Shown: positions 37,150-51,200 of the stretch, piece by piece
Numbering within the stretch: position 1 is the stretch's first letter
Layout: each line of letters starts with the position of its first letter
Source: Phoronis australis
Lineage: Eukaryota; Animalia; Phoronida
Length of the DNA: 64,000 nt
Reading direction: 5' to 3'
Assembly: GCA_002633005.1 (NCBI GenBank)
Contig: NMRA01000231.1
Span: 86,351-150,350, forward strand
The notes under the pieces: model-generated
What the model was told of the DNA's origin: nothing
Database searches by the model: none
The model's input: only the letters and a program-made list of their open reading frames with translations
Program-made: the position numbers and the translations under genes

Positions 37150-37483
37150 GGAGCGTTCACACACACACACGTCTGGTAACTAGGGTAAGGCGGAAGTTGT
37201 CACTTAGTGCGTGGGTATGAACGCCTAACGCGAGCACGGCGTGCAAAAGAAAACCTGTCTGTATGCAACTGCACTCCACTTTTGGGGGCCACACAGCGAT
37301 TACAAATGGCGCAAGTCACCCTAGAACAAGTTACCCCACCTCGATAAGATGGAGTAAGTTGTCACTAAGTGGGGTAAGTTCAGGCGCTAGTTTGAATAGC
37401 TTCCAGAGAGCAGTCAAACCTAGCGACAACTCGCTCTAGGGGTAACTTTTTCTAGGTTAAGTCTATGCCTGTGTGGACGGCAC
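37150..37483. mobile_element. Degenerate PIF/Harbinger-like MITE
   Basis: Left GGAGCGTTCACACA versus right TGTGTGGACGGCAC|TTAA; internal GGGTAA/TTACCC repeats; short (CA)n at the left end. Confidence 0.4.
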
Positions 37484-39284
37484 TTAAGAGATGGAGACAT
37501 CACTCAAACAGAACAGGTTTACAACAAACTGTAACAGTCCCGTCGTCAGACTGGTACAAGTTTGATAACACTGAGTTCATCTTGGAATTTAATCAATGAC
37601 TCTACAGTACACGAAGTGATAAGATAACCATGGGTGAAAGGTGAGCAAAGGTGTAAATCATTTACCTAACTGAGAGGTGAATCCAAGTCTTGGCAGGTAT
37701 TTCAATATCCTGTGAATAAGGTGGCAAATTGAAAATACAATTTCGGAAGCAATTATGAAGTTGGTGTTTTAAGTTTTTAAAGCCGATATTGCGTTTAAGA
37801 CTACAAAGATACAGTACGCAACTTCTTTTTAGTGTACGTGGGTATATTAAACGGGCGAAGGTACAGTGCCCACCATCCGATAGGCGGCGTAGAGAAACGG
37901 AGGGGGGTGTGGCTTGTCAATTTCACCGAGACTTGTGTCAGCGGCTTAGTATCAAACTAAATAACCTGAATTTTAATTATCAAAACCATTACTAAAAAGT
38001 GATTAAAAATATGACGGAGATTGAATGATTGACTTTCGTGGTGCCCTGTGTACAGGGTGAGTGAACTCGATAATCAACCGTGAAGTATTGCTGACGTCTC
38101 GAGTCTAGAGACAATTTTACCGGTGGTGACATGAAGTGACGCAGAGGTCGATATCAGAGTCAATTGGAGACGTAACCAAATGGTAAAGATGGAACCGGCT
38201 TAATAGCTTTTGTGAGCCATTGTTGAATCCCTTCATTAAAAATTGGCGCCTGATGAGTTGGCTGGGCAGTAAAGTGCCCAGACAACTTAAAAGTTTTGCC
38301 GTTTGGATGGATCCTTAATATACAATTATAGATACATACATACAACTGTCAGATATACAGTGAATTATATAACGATACATAAGACCAACAGGAATACATA
38401 ATAACTTTTACAACAGAGTAACGATGGAATTGTACACCAACGCAGTTTGTTACGACTGGTTAAATACGGACAACAGGGACGGATCCAGAAGCTAGATCAA
38501 TTGGAAGAGATCTTTGCTCGTATTACTCCAGAGAATGAATACAGTTTCCTCCAAAGAGAGTTTAGTGTGACCTTCACTGGATACTCCTTGGTGACAGTTA
38601 TGCCTATGTATTGTTTGGTCACAAAGGAAAGGAGATGACTTAAATTTTAACATACAACTGTAGACCTAGATCCACTTCAAGTAAAACCAGGGGCTTTTGC
38701 TTTTTATTGGTTTCGGCAAATCTTATTTAGCACGTTCCCTGATCCCTGGCAATTGTACGGTCACGTGGAATACATTATTCAGTTGCCTGTATGCAAATAG
38801 CTTTATCACATAACACCGTAACAAATCAAGCAAAAAGCAAACTAATTGGTAAGCGCGTATGTACATGTGCACATGAAGTGATTTGGCTCTACTTTCTGCG
38901 TTCGCATTAAAGCTGTTATAAAGACTCGTTTTGATTTAGACCAGTTATGATATCGGCAACTTGTTTCTGCGTCAAATTAGATTTTATATCTATATTGGGA
39001 AGAAGTTATACAGTCCAACCTTAACATGTCAGGCCAGGATAAAGGTCATACTACATGCATGCACCGAGCTCGGTCTGAACCTGCATGGCTGCCTATTAGT
39101 TCTTTCCAAGTGCAGCCGAGAATCGAGAAACAAGTTCCGATCAGTTGGCATAACAGGTTTAAATCAAAAGTTGTTTTCTTTCACCGTTTTAACGGCTTCA
39201 TGGGTTGAAATGTGGAATACACATTACTACAATATTAATAAATGACTGGCAAACCAAAGTTATTGATATAACGTGTCATTTCAT

Positions 39285-42200
39285 TCAAAACATGTTGCAC
39301 TTCTTCTTGGCGTTCAACTTTGCATTTGCGGGACAGTTGAAGGCCTTTTGAAATTCGTCCAACTGGCTAACGGCCCCGTTCATTCTGAAACGTAAAAGTA
39401 TACTAAATGACCACGTGACGTGCGACATGCGCACTAGCTTGAAAGAGACTAGAGCTGTCGGAAGACAGAGGGATAGTTTCTGATGATCACAGTGCCAACT
39501 GAACGATTTTCTATGTATATTCATTCTTAATGCAGATGTGCTGTTGGACACGTGTTTCAAAGAGCTTGATAAGACATTCGTTGTTAATGTATATTAATAG
39601 GCTGGGTTTGCTACTTTTCTAAGACTGGTAAGCCATAGTCTTTTCTGCTGACTTTCAAGCATTCTTTACTAGGACACTCCACAAAAAGACTAACACGAAC
39701 GAGCCTTTTGATTTTTGAAATGCTCAAAAGGTCTGTAGTCGCTCGATTTTGAAACTCTATGCTCATCGCGCGAGTCTTTTCGCTGATTTACTCATTTCCG
39801 CACTATTTCATTGTGGACACTGTTAATAATTTTTGTGCTCATGCGACATCTTTTTAAAGTTTGTTTCAGGAAAAATACACACAAAGGCTCAAATAAGCGG
39901 GTCTTTTGTAATTGAAATATCCTGAAAATCTATAGTCGCTTGCCATGCTTTATTTGAGGTTTTCTTGGTATTAATTTTCATAAAAAGCAATAAACGTAGA
40001 ATGCCAATGCGAAACGTAGGAAAAATTTGACGTCATGGCAATGCCACGCCATAAGCCATTATTAATTACCGACAAAATTTATGAAACCAGATTGGAATGA
40101 AAAACTTGATGACAGATCAGCACCATCCACTATTAGATTGCCCACGACGTTTCAGTCGGCGACTCCAACCATCCTGAGGTGAGCGACAAAGACTGTTTCA
40201 ACAGTGACACCATACTCACTACACTCATGGTCCTTATTGTTCACAGTTAGTGTGATCATTTTCCCCGAAACCAAGACGTAGAGGAAAATCTAAGAAACCG
40301 GTAACGCAGCAGCACCAAGACCAAACAGGGAACACACGGGTTCTCCACCACTATGTGACTAATGGGAAAGAGTTATCCATACATGTATGGTTCTTAAAGG
40401 GAGCCGTATGCTCTATTGAATTTTGAGAATGTTCGTAATTTTTAAATAAGAAAATGAGTAATGTCCAAAAGCGTACAGTAGTTTTGATCGCTCTATAAGC
40501 CGCTCGTCTATTAGTGGAGATGAAAAATCTATACTTATTACAACTTACGCAATATTTTCTGGAACTCTATTTCGCATGACAAGCTGATATGAGTACGCGT
40601 CGTTCCGATTGAAGCAGTAAGTCTGTCCAAACGATACGAAGAAGGCCTGTTCGTTAGTAAGGTTTAGACCGGGTGCAACGGGTTCCACGTTGTTGTCCTT
40701 AACCCACCTCTGGTAGGCAAGGTAAGCCTGCTTTAAACCGTAAGTCTCTGCAATAGCTTCCATGGCGTAGCTGCGAGCATTTATTTTAACCTGAAATATA
40801 AACTAAGGATTATCCATTGCGCGAGGTCCGCGGTGATGAAAGTCCCGATGACAGGCAAATCCGCTAATATAGATGCATGTACATCGTTTTATCTATCTGG
40901 TTTAATAATTTTGTAAACCTCTTTTTGGAACTGATATTCATGAATGGATAATAGGGCCCTCTTCCAACAGACATACATGTACATGTATTACAGAATGAAT
41001 ATACAATGTGTTTCTAAGATTTAGATATTTTTGTAGGTCTGCATTGAAGGAATATACTATAACATTGAAAACGGCTTGAAGTTATTTGACGCAACAAATT
41101 GCAACAGAAAACACCAACTCGGCTTCATAGATTGTAGGCATCCTGCAAATACACGACAGCGCAGTTGCACGCAACACTAAGATAAAAACCGTACCAGCGC
41201 ATCTAGTCGGTTAATTTCAATTACGAAAAAAATGTACACTTTGGGTGATCCAAGCTAAACTAAACTTTTATCCTCCACCATTTCATGTATATTATATTTT
41301 TGGTACAAAATATGCCAAGTAATAAATTCGTGCATGGGTGAACGGAAGCCGTTGATGATTTCATCCAGCTCATTGTAAACATTAACAGTCTCTTCTGAAG
41401 GTTAGAGCACAAATATCACGTACCTTATGCACTTTGTTATCAACCCGGTAAGGGCCAGCCGTTTTGTTTGTGTAAAAGTCGATAATACACTGCCGGGCTT
41501 TTCGGTAATTTTGAGTTGTTGCATTCGACCACCAGTCGAAGAATTTCCCTTGTTGCGTGTAGTAGCCACCTGAAATAAGTTGCCTTTAGTGTCTAAGAGT
41601 TCTCATCGTCTCCTCAAGATGCGTGACAATTTCAGAGGATAGGTGCATTTTAAGGACAAATGGCTTCCTGATAGAATCCAGATTCCCCTACCAGAAAACA
41701 TTTTAATAATTAAACAATTAAAATCACCAAATCATATTTTCACGCACTTCATGACATGGGACATCTTGAAATAAAATGCCACTGAATGAACCAGCTCATT
41801 CAATCATGAAACAGCATAAGTGTAAAACTGAAAATTTACACTTTGTACTTAAATGATACAAGAGCCCGAAATGATTTAGTAAACGTACAGTAACTTTCAG
41901 CTAGGAAAGCGTTCGAATGTATCCACGCTGCGAGACTGTAAAATGTTTCCTGTGATAATCTGATGGTGTTTATTACGGAGACTGGGCTGGACTCACTGAC
42001 TTGACCCTAGCATGGCACGAGCGTTACCGAGCTGTCAGTTCCTTCAAATCCCAAAAATCAACCCGGATTTGAGTACGGAACAAGCGAAGGTTAGACTCAG
42101 AATAGAAAGCTATATTTCGGCAAAATAAAATGCGATTTCAGAAGAGCATGCGGAGTTTTAGTATCTTTTAGCGTGCGGCCAACAGAGATGAGATTTCGCC

Positions 42201-45200
42201 TTTCTCCAATTCATCTTCAGAAACTAACACAACTTACCAAGTTCATCTATGGAATGCACCAACTCGTGAGACATTACAACGCCCATAGATCCAAAGTTCA
42301 TATACATGGGAAGGCGTTTGTCATATAGCGGGAACTGTAGCATACCGGCTGGAACCAGGAGCTCGTTCCACGGGTTGTAATAGTACATTGCGGTGTCGTA
42401 AACGGCATAAGCCCAGGCATCGTCGTCTTTGCCTTGTTTTAAGCGCCTGTTCCAATCTTTTACTTCCCACAGGTTCATACTGAGGACGTTTTGGAAGAAA
42501 TCACTTTTGTTGACTTTGAACTGAAAGTTGTTGCAGTTGGGTTATATTTAGGTTTGAATTACACGTTCACAATCGAAGTGGATACTCGAACGATTGTCTT
42601 GCTTCAGTTTGATCGTGAGCTGCTAAAACGTTATGTCAATAATCTTTTAAAGTTCAAGAAGAAATCCACGTGATGGCCTAGCGTCCTCAGCATCTTGATA
42701 TCGTTGACTATGCTTTAAAAGTAACTTGTCAGTCCGAAGAAGATTCGTGCAGAAATATAATCACCCGGGCCAGTAATATGTTTGGTGGAATCGAGCTGTT
42801 GAACGAATATTTTTTCTAGGATTCAAATTAAAACCGAAATTTTTTATTGTATTCATCAAATGAATCAAGCCACTTGGTCCTCATCCAAAAAATCCCAAAG
42901 CCGTGTGTACTCTCGAACAATAATCGCACAAAATTCGTCGGGGTCTACGAAAAAAATGAAACAACTGTCCATTGACCTCAGCTTGAACTGAGCTAGTTCA
43001 TTTACTCGTCATCTAAGTGTACACGAGCTAGATGCAGAACTCGACTACTACCTTTGTTTACGTTCGTGGCATTCTGAGAAATATGTAAATGTAGGTCTTG
43101 AAACTAGCATTCTTCCACATGAATATCTATAAGCCGTGATCGTGAGACCGCCTGCCCTACTTTTGTCAAGGTTAATATTGTCGATTAAAAAACTCGTTAT
43201 TTGATAAAATGAAACATTGTGAAAACTCATTCATTCTACTCCAAGCAATTCAAAATCAAAAAGGATTCCAGAAACGTTATGCTGCGTTTCTTTGCCGCCT
43301 ACGCGCTCGTCTGTGGGTCCAACTTTGTGCTGACGAAGCAACGAGGAAATTTGAAAATTTCATAGAGAGTATCTGGTCACAAAACACAGCAGCAATGTGT
43401 ACAACCGTTGTTAGGTAACTTACGTCAGCGTACAGGTCGTCCAGGGAAGTTGAAAAGTCTGGAGCACCTATCTTGTCAGTAATGGCTTCGATCTGGAATA
43501 AATTATTGTGGCGGTTTTCATTCGTCATGGTGCGCGGTCCTTGTACATGTACATCTAAGTCACACCGGCAATTTTTTGCGACTTTCAATTCATATAATGA
43601 ACATTATCAAAGTATTTAAGCTTTGAAAGGGCCACATAAGCCCACCGTATACCATAAATCTTATCTTTTCTTAGCCCATTTGCCGGTATAAATTTGATCG
43701 CAACTTACTCCTTACCAAAATTAGAAGTCAGTTCCAGATGTGCTTCGGAGCCGCCACTAACAATTCTTTGTTGTTAGAGACCATGTTCAACTCAAAAATG
43801 ACTCAGCCAGGTAAAGACAACTCGTAGACCTAGGTCTCCAGGACCTAATTCTAATCTCAGAAGGAACAATTGAAGTTATTGAAAGTTTTGAAACGATTAG
43901 TGGTTTAACTTTTTACACATAACAAGTTTACAGGATCTTCAAAACAGGAAACAGTCATGTTCGATAAACACAACGTCAACATCACCACGACGCAAATGGT
44001 CGCAACTTTGCATGAGTTAAAAGCTTGCTTAAGAAGAACTGATAGCAAATTATTCCTTTTTTACTCTATAGCTGGTCTGCACTCGAGTCACCACAGTTAA
44101 TTGATGTTTTAAGTTACGGACTGACTGCTTCTCTGTCCCAACATTTTGCTCCTCCAGTCATGATTGTATAACGTCATATCTCAAATTCGTGCACGCACCT
44201 TTTTGGCTGCAGTTGTTTTTGTAGCGTTATCCATCCAGTAAGCGTTCTTCAGCATGTCCTTAAGCGCCATCTTCAGGTATTTCACCAGTGTTTCGGCGCT
44301 CTCTTTGTCCTTCCGGTCGAAGTGATTATCTACGAACAGTTTACCGAGACCTGTGCCCATTTTTCTCCCAACGTAGTTGAAGCAATACATATAAGAACCA
44401 AGAAATGCTTGGCGGCCAGTTCTGGCCACGTAGAACTCGCGGTTGGCGTGAACAAACTCCCAGGACAGGTCTTGCGCGTAGGACTGCGCCATCCGCCACA
44501 TCAAGTAGTTGTTCATTATTCTAAAGAGAAAAATCTCCATTCGTCAACAAAACAAAAGATGACTGTCGCAACAGCATCTATTGGTCATAGCCATGGGATT
44601 TGTTTGGTGAAACAAAAAAGCTAATATGTGTCATTTTATTGACAAAAATTCCAGACCGTTAAGACGAAACAGTAGACCCGTGAAGGTGGTGCAAATTAAG
44701 GAGGAAAGCCAATGGTGGTGAAGTGATTCGGACTACTGGGACATGTGGTGCTGATTTAGCTTTACCAGAAACTGCAGGGAAGTTAACCCTCCGTTATACT
44801 ACAGAGTTTGGAGTGAATCCGGAATGACAAAAAGAAGAAAATTTTCCAGGGGATGTATCGTTCCACAAATAAATAGGCTTGTGTGATAGATAAAAAAATT
44901 AATGTTGCAAAATTTAACAGCAAGAAACGTTTTTGCATCAATAAAGTCATAATAATGATAAAAAGAGACTAAAAAAGGAAACGGGAAATTAAATAAGAGG
45001 AAATTGAAACCAAAAAAGAGGTAATTCTCTTGAAGTAGAAAAATTCCAACCCTTCATTTTCTTTAAAAATACCGTTACGGGAAAAGCTATATGGCAATCT
45101 TACATTGCTGTGACCGGCGGCATTAGGATCAGTACACAAAAGGTCTCAAAACACTAATTCTGTGCGATTTTAGGAACTACGCCTGTTTTTTGTAGCTTGA

Positions 45201-48200
45201 TACCATAGTTCTAGTGCTCTGCTGCTTGTACACGTAACTGCCATCTACATGTATTCGTGCTTATCACTAGCAAGATCCGCACATTTTACAAGTAGCCTAA
45301 ACTGCTAGTACTGAGCTTCAGAAAACTGTGCGATTTTCCTCACCTTGTCTTATTTACTCCGAGACTACCCACCAGGTCGGATACTTTAGAGAGGTAGTCA
45401 TGCTCCAGCAATACTAGCTTTGTAGAATCTGTCATGCCGCCATCTTTGAACATGTATTTAAAGAATTTGTCCCACTGAATCTGAAGAAAGGATTATAAAA
45501 CACGTCATCTTCACTACGAATAAAAAAGCATTGTCTATGCTTCCTTACGTTGAGTCAACTGATTTGAAATTCGTGTCGTTTTGGTCTAGATAAAATTCAT
45601 CACTTCTAGCAGTGTGTAGTCCTACATGTAAGTGGTGATAAATTAAGGTGTATTGAAATGCCAGAAAAAAATGTAAAACTGATCCCATGTACGATTTGTT
45701 AGACCCTAATAAAATGTGTTCGAAGAAATTTGAATTTTTTGCATTATGCAACATTACATCGCCTTGACGAGCACTAACCATTCCCGCCATTTGGTTCAAT
45801 TCCTGAAGAGTTTTCCTCATGTCCGGAAGGTGTGGACTGTCTGTAGGGACAGTATAGTGCGTCACCTGCCAATAGAATGTAAGCAGATTATAGTTTGCAC
45901 CGTCGTTTCCGAACCTGGGTTCACCATGACAACACGAAACTCACTACAAAGATTATTTCAATGATCAAAAAGGTGTAGAGGTCGGCCTTAACTCACATTT
46001 CTTTTGACGACTTCGGGTGTCTGGTCCAACTGACAAAAATTAACACCTAATGACTAAATTTTCCTGTCATTACTCTTTAGAAAGGCTACATGTATTTTCT
46101 AAGAAGACAATGGAATATACAATTATACACGAAAAATCATCAGTAAACAACAACGTCAGTTTTCCTGTCTTTTATTTCTCTGTCAATATGTCTAGTACTA
46201 GTTTGCCAATTGAAATTGGTGACCATGCCGAAATACAATTCTACAGTACAAGTAGGTTTCATCTTTGACATGCATTTCCTAGCATCGTCTTTCAATTTAT
46301 GTATCAGTTTCTTATGGATAATTCAAAGCACACCGCGAAACATCAACACGGTGAGACTGAAAGAGGCAAGCGACGTTTGACAAACATATCTTGCACACGT
46401 CGAGTCAACCGAGGATAATCTTCCATTTGGCCCCTCCCTCGTCAATAACCTCCCTCCACCCATAACTTTCTTTCACCCAAGAAAACACACACCCCTGCAC
46501 CGGTCGCCCCTTTGGTCGTGATCGCCAAAAATCCCTCCCCATCACAACAATCAATCTAATTTCATCAAATCCGACGTAATTACTCTTTTCTCTGTTCTTC
46601 CCTTGTCCTGCAAATTATTCATTTGTTCTGCAAATCAGCAATAACTAGATTGTGACGTTAAGCGTCACGCTGGTTATACTTGATAGCTATATATCCAATA
46701 TACTTATGCAATAGCCTACATTTGCCAGTTTGATTTCAAAATCCATGACATCTGCGACAAATGTGTTAATGCGCATGTCTTTGTCTTGGAGATTACTCAG
46801 CGATGGATCTTTCATATACAGTTGCGCAATGGTCCGTATGAATTTCCTGTAAGCTGTCCTTATCTAAAATTGAAAAGTTGCAAAAACAGAGCTTATGCAT
46901 AAAATTAAAGCTGTAGTTGTTCACGAAGCATTTGAAGTGTTTTAAATTAAACACTTTTAATTACACTTATTGATATAAATTTTATCAAACACATAAAGCC
47001 CATACAGAGGGTGACTAAAAAGAGAAAGACACAATCCATGTGAAAATCTTGTTGACGCTTTACCACCACATGACTTGTAAACGAAATTAAATCTACGATT
47101 GTCGAGTTACTTCTCATCTGCTAGGGTTCCTGTTTCACATTGGAGACTGTCCTTGTCGCCACGATTGTGCGTAGGATAAGCGTAAGCCGAATGGGCGACA
47201 GAGATGCCAGAGCTGTTGCTCGGAAACAGCGCCCAGTTTTGGTGTAGCGTTAGTAACACCTGACTCAATTAAGTAGCACGCCATTGTATTACCTGCTCTG
47301 AATCCGAGTCGATGTAATATCGCCAGTACATTCCAAGTCCTGAAAAATCAATCTGCAACAACAACAAAACAAGAGTAAAAAACAACAACAAAAAGAATCA
47401 ACACAGCCAATCGACTGGCTATCAACCACATGTGTGCTACACAATTGACACACTGACACTGATAAAAAATGAGGAATTGAGACAATTAAGTTACCATGAG
47501 CATGAACAAAACAACTAAAAGCCTTATAATACAAAAGTCGTTGAGTCAAACTTTAATTCCTGTCAAATTGTGAACTCACTGTGTACATGTACGTGGAAGT
47601 TATGAAACGATGAACTGACGGATCTGGGATATTTCGAATATACCACCATAATTTCTCGAGGGCGCTTGCCCCCCACTCCCCAAATCAATCTATGTTGTGA
47701 CACACCAACCCATCTCAAAAAGAATCAGTTGCGCACGCAAGCATAGCAAAAAGTGTGGCGTTTGTGTCTGTTAGTAACCAAGGAAACCACTGAAAAGACG
47801 CCGAGTCTAGTACTTAGTTCAAGGTTGAGGTTGTAGTTTTACGGTAGCCCAGTCTTAATATTGGGTACTAACAAATCTTTTCAAGATTTTAAAAATTGCG
47901 AGTCTTCTAAATCACGTCTTTGGATATTATGAAAATGAAGCCCTCAATTTTAAAATACAAGAAGTTTATCAAAACCCCATTTGCTCTACTTCACTGTGAT
48001 TCCGGCACTCGTAATGGAAGACAAAAACCCACGATCTTTTCATCAAATTAAGAAAATTTATGGGTGCATAGGGTAGTGCAGAAGTGTACTTCGGGTAAAT
48101 TTAATTCCTACTAGACCTGTCAACTACTTTATTACGTCGCACTCCCACCGGGTTTTGATGTGGTCACTGCCTTTTGTTTTTCACATCCGTTGATGCTCTA

Positions 48201-51200
48201 CCAATTAGCGGACTTTGTAAGGAGTATTTAATTTTGTTCTAACTTTTAAGGTATGACGAGAAATACACGGAGCATTTTTTCTGTAAGGCTTAAAGGTAAA
48301 AGAGGTTTTTACCTTTTTAAATGCCAGGCGAATTATCTGGAGAGTTGTGTGTAGTCCTACTATACTGAAAATAACACACCTCAACAATGTTCTTTGAGTT
48401 GTCCATTGGGTCGGCAACTACGTAAAAGGTGAAGAGTGCATTGGTCCAGAAGTCCACGTGTACTTTCTGTATGGCAGTTGTTAAGTCCCAAGTAGTGGGG
48501 TTCCAGGAACTGTCCACCATCCACCATCCTCCAGCGTTAGGAACCAACTGAAATACAATACTGTCGTCGTGTACAATAAACGAAAGCATACTTAACAAGC
48601 TCTTTGACTGTTTTATTCGCGAAAGGTCTGTCTATATGGACTAGTGAGGGACAGAATTTGCAAAAGCGACGTATTGATTGATCTCTTCGGCATGGGTACC
48701 AAATGCGACGTGGTGAAATCAGGGACGTAGTGAGGGTACACGTGACGTGGTAGGTGGTAATACGCACGCGCATACATTTTCCGCACGTGCAACTCCCCGA
48801 CGTCAACTACAAATTATAAGTTGCATTTGAGTGACCAAAATGAGATACAGATTGACGTTAAACAAGCCGAGGAAAAATGTCCCATGTTAGTTTTTATGCG
48901 AATTACATACGCCATTGCAGGTTTTCGTAAAACTTTTTTTGTGAAACACCTTAGATCGTCATGATGCTCATTGACTATGATGTTTGTGAAGTGGCAAAGC
49001 AGTAGCATTTGACCAGTTGTCTGATGAAGATTTCAAGGAAAATGATGAATGTGACAAAGAATGAACGAGCATGTAACTGAGGACAATGTTGAACACCAAG
49101 TGGCTGGCCGTGTTTTGCCGTCAACTGTGGGTGGTTTCTCAGACGTTTGAGGTATGTGCTAGTTTTCTCATGTAATAGATGACCGAAATCTCAATCTTCT
49201 GCTTTTAATGCATTTAAGTGGCCCATGTTCATTTTAATTCAGTAGATAACTAATGACACGACAGTGGGCTACACGTGAGAAGTGGTCCTACGTCATTTTT
49301 ACCGAGACAAAAATGTAATGTTGTGTCGTCGCTGGCATAGAGCAAAAATACCCATTTTTCTGTAAGCCAAGAACAGCATGTGCCTCGAAGTGTTTGTTAC
49401 CTTATGGGAATTAAGTAGAAAATTACCGGGGCTTCTAGTTGCAAAGGCCATCATCTGACCAGCGTCAGAGTGTGAGGAAGAGTTTGTAATTGTAAAGTTA
49501 TGTTAACCAGGTCTTGGTGTCCATGATCTGTGAAACTATGGAGAGTTTTAGGGCTCGACCAATATTTTTATCTCAACTAAGTACCCAGGGCGTATTTTCG
49601 CAATTTCTCCTTCTGTACTTCCACTGGCCACCATTTGGCTTGGTTTGAAAACAGTGTTGAGGTTTCGCAGTCAGTTCCAAAGGTGCACAGTGCAGACCTC
49701 CGTCTGAGCTCTTCAACATCATCTACTCATCAACAACTGTCACCCATCCACCCCCGCCATTTCTTTGTGCTGTCAGTGTCTTCGGTGCGTAGTCAGCTGG
49801 ACATTGTAGCGTACGTAATACCTGGAGTGACTGGTTCTTAATAAGGACTAACCGATTCGTATCTTGAATCGGTCGTAAAAATGACGGAAAGGCAAGCCTC
49901 CATCAAGGGCACAGGGTGGGTTATCATTGCTGCCAGAACGAGGCTGAAATTTTGAGTTCGTTTCGCCAGACGTCACTTAGATGATCTTCATGTAGATATA
50001 GTCCCAATCGAGGTCTTTGGCATTGGGGCGCTCCAATCTTACACACCTGCCACAATTTAAATTTCCCATGACTTTTTGATAAAAGTGGAGTAAACAGATT
50101 CCCTCTACAAAATGGTGCCGGGAATCAATTTTCACGGAATAACGGACATTGCTGTTACTTGGTGAAAACTGGTTCCCGGCAGCCATTTTCACAAGAGGCA
50201 CCCATTCACTCCACTTCTACCGTTTGCCCACCATTTGTCCACGATCTGAGGACGATCGCCCTCAAGAACCCTATGTCTACACCACAGAGGAAATTGAGCA
50301 GCAGTTCTTCGCCCTGTTAATTTGGCTAAAAACAAAGAAATCTACTCAGGCTAATTATTCTCATAAAGTCTGTATCGTAACATTTCTTACCGCCGGCTGA
50401 ATCGGTAACCAAAAATGTCATCTGAACCATGAGTGAACGCTTCAGAGTTTATTGGGGTTGGCCAAATCTAAAATTGCGCGTTAGAAAATAATGCGGATGT
50501 TAACGGAAATGCTATCACGGTAAGGAATATTATAAAGCTTATTTTACGAAAGTAAAAGACCTAATTCGATTTTCTTTTGGAGCAAGTTAACCGAGCGAAA
50601 TGTAACTTTAAGACATTTAAATTCAGCATTTTCGGCAGTAACTTGCATCCAACGTTGCCTCGTTCATAACAGTTGTAAGAAATTCTCTATACTACATGGT
50701 TGGAATGTTAACTTTTGCGATAACATTTTGATTTCAAGTTAGATTTCAGAAAATTGTGGTGCATAACAACAAAGTGACAAGCAAATGGAGTTTTTAAGCA
50801 TGAAAACCGTATTCTAGTAACGCCACTTAAAGTCCAAGACGAAAATATAGCGACGACATATAAAACATGGCATATACATATGTCGCGGCAGCTACACTGT
50901 GTATCAGGTGGGCGTGTTCTGCCTCCCGTTCAGTAACGCTAGGACCTAGCAAGACTTTGCGAGATTACGCGAGATATTGCCGTGTATTTTAAATAAGAGC
51001 ACGTGACCTTGACTAGCTTTTGGCTAGGTTCTAGAGTAGGTCCTAGCGTCTACTGAACGCACGCCTGGTTTCACTCACTTGCTTTAGAAATGGATTAGCT
51101 CCGGCTATGTCTTTTCCGTACTGATCCGTACATGATTGGAACAGTTCCTTTATTTTCCTGTCCCACGCATGGTCAGTTAGTCTCGAGGGTGGCGTCGCGA

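Noticed and set aside
49214-50830. Possible TTAA-flanked (Kolobok-like) relic in B's private intron with THAP-like peptide fragments
   Set aside because: Only 5 bp of terminal inverted match (GTGGC/GCCAC), and the peptide hints (HFYRLP, HHFVEG) are too short and on opposite strands.
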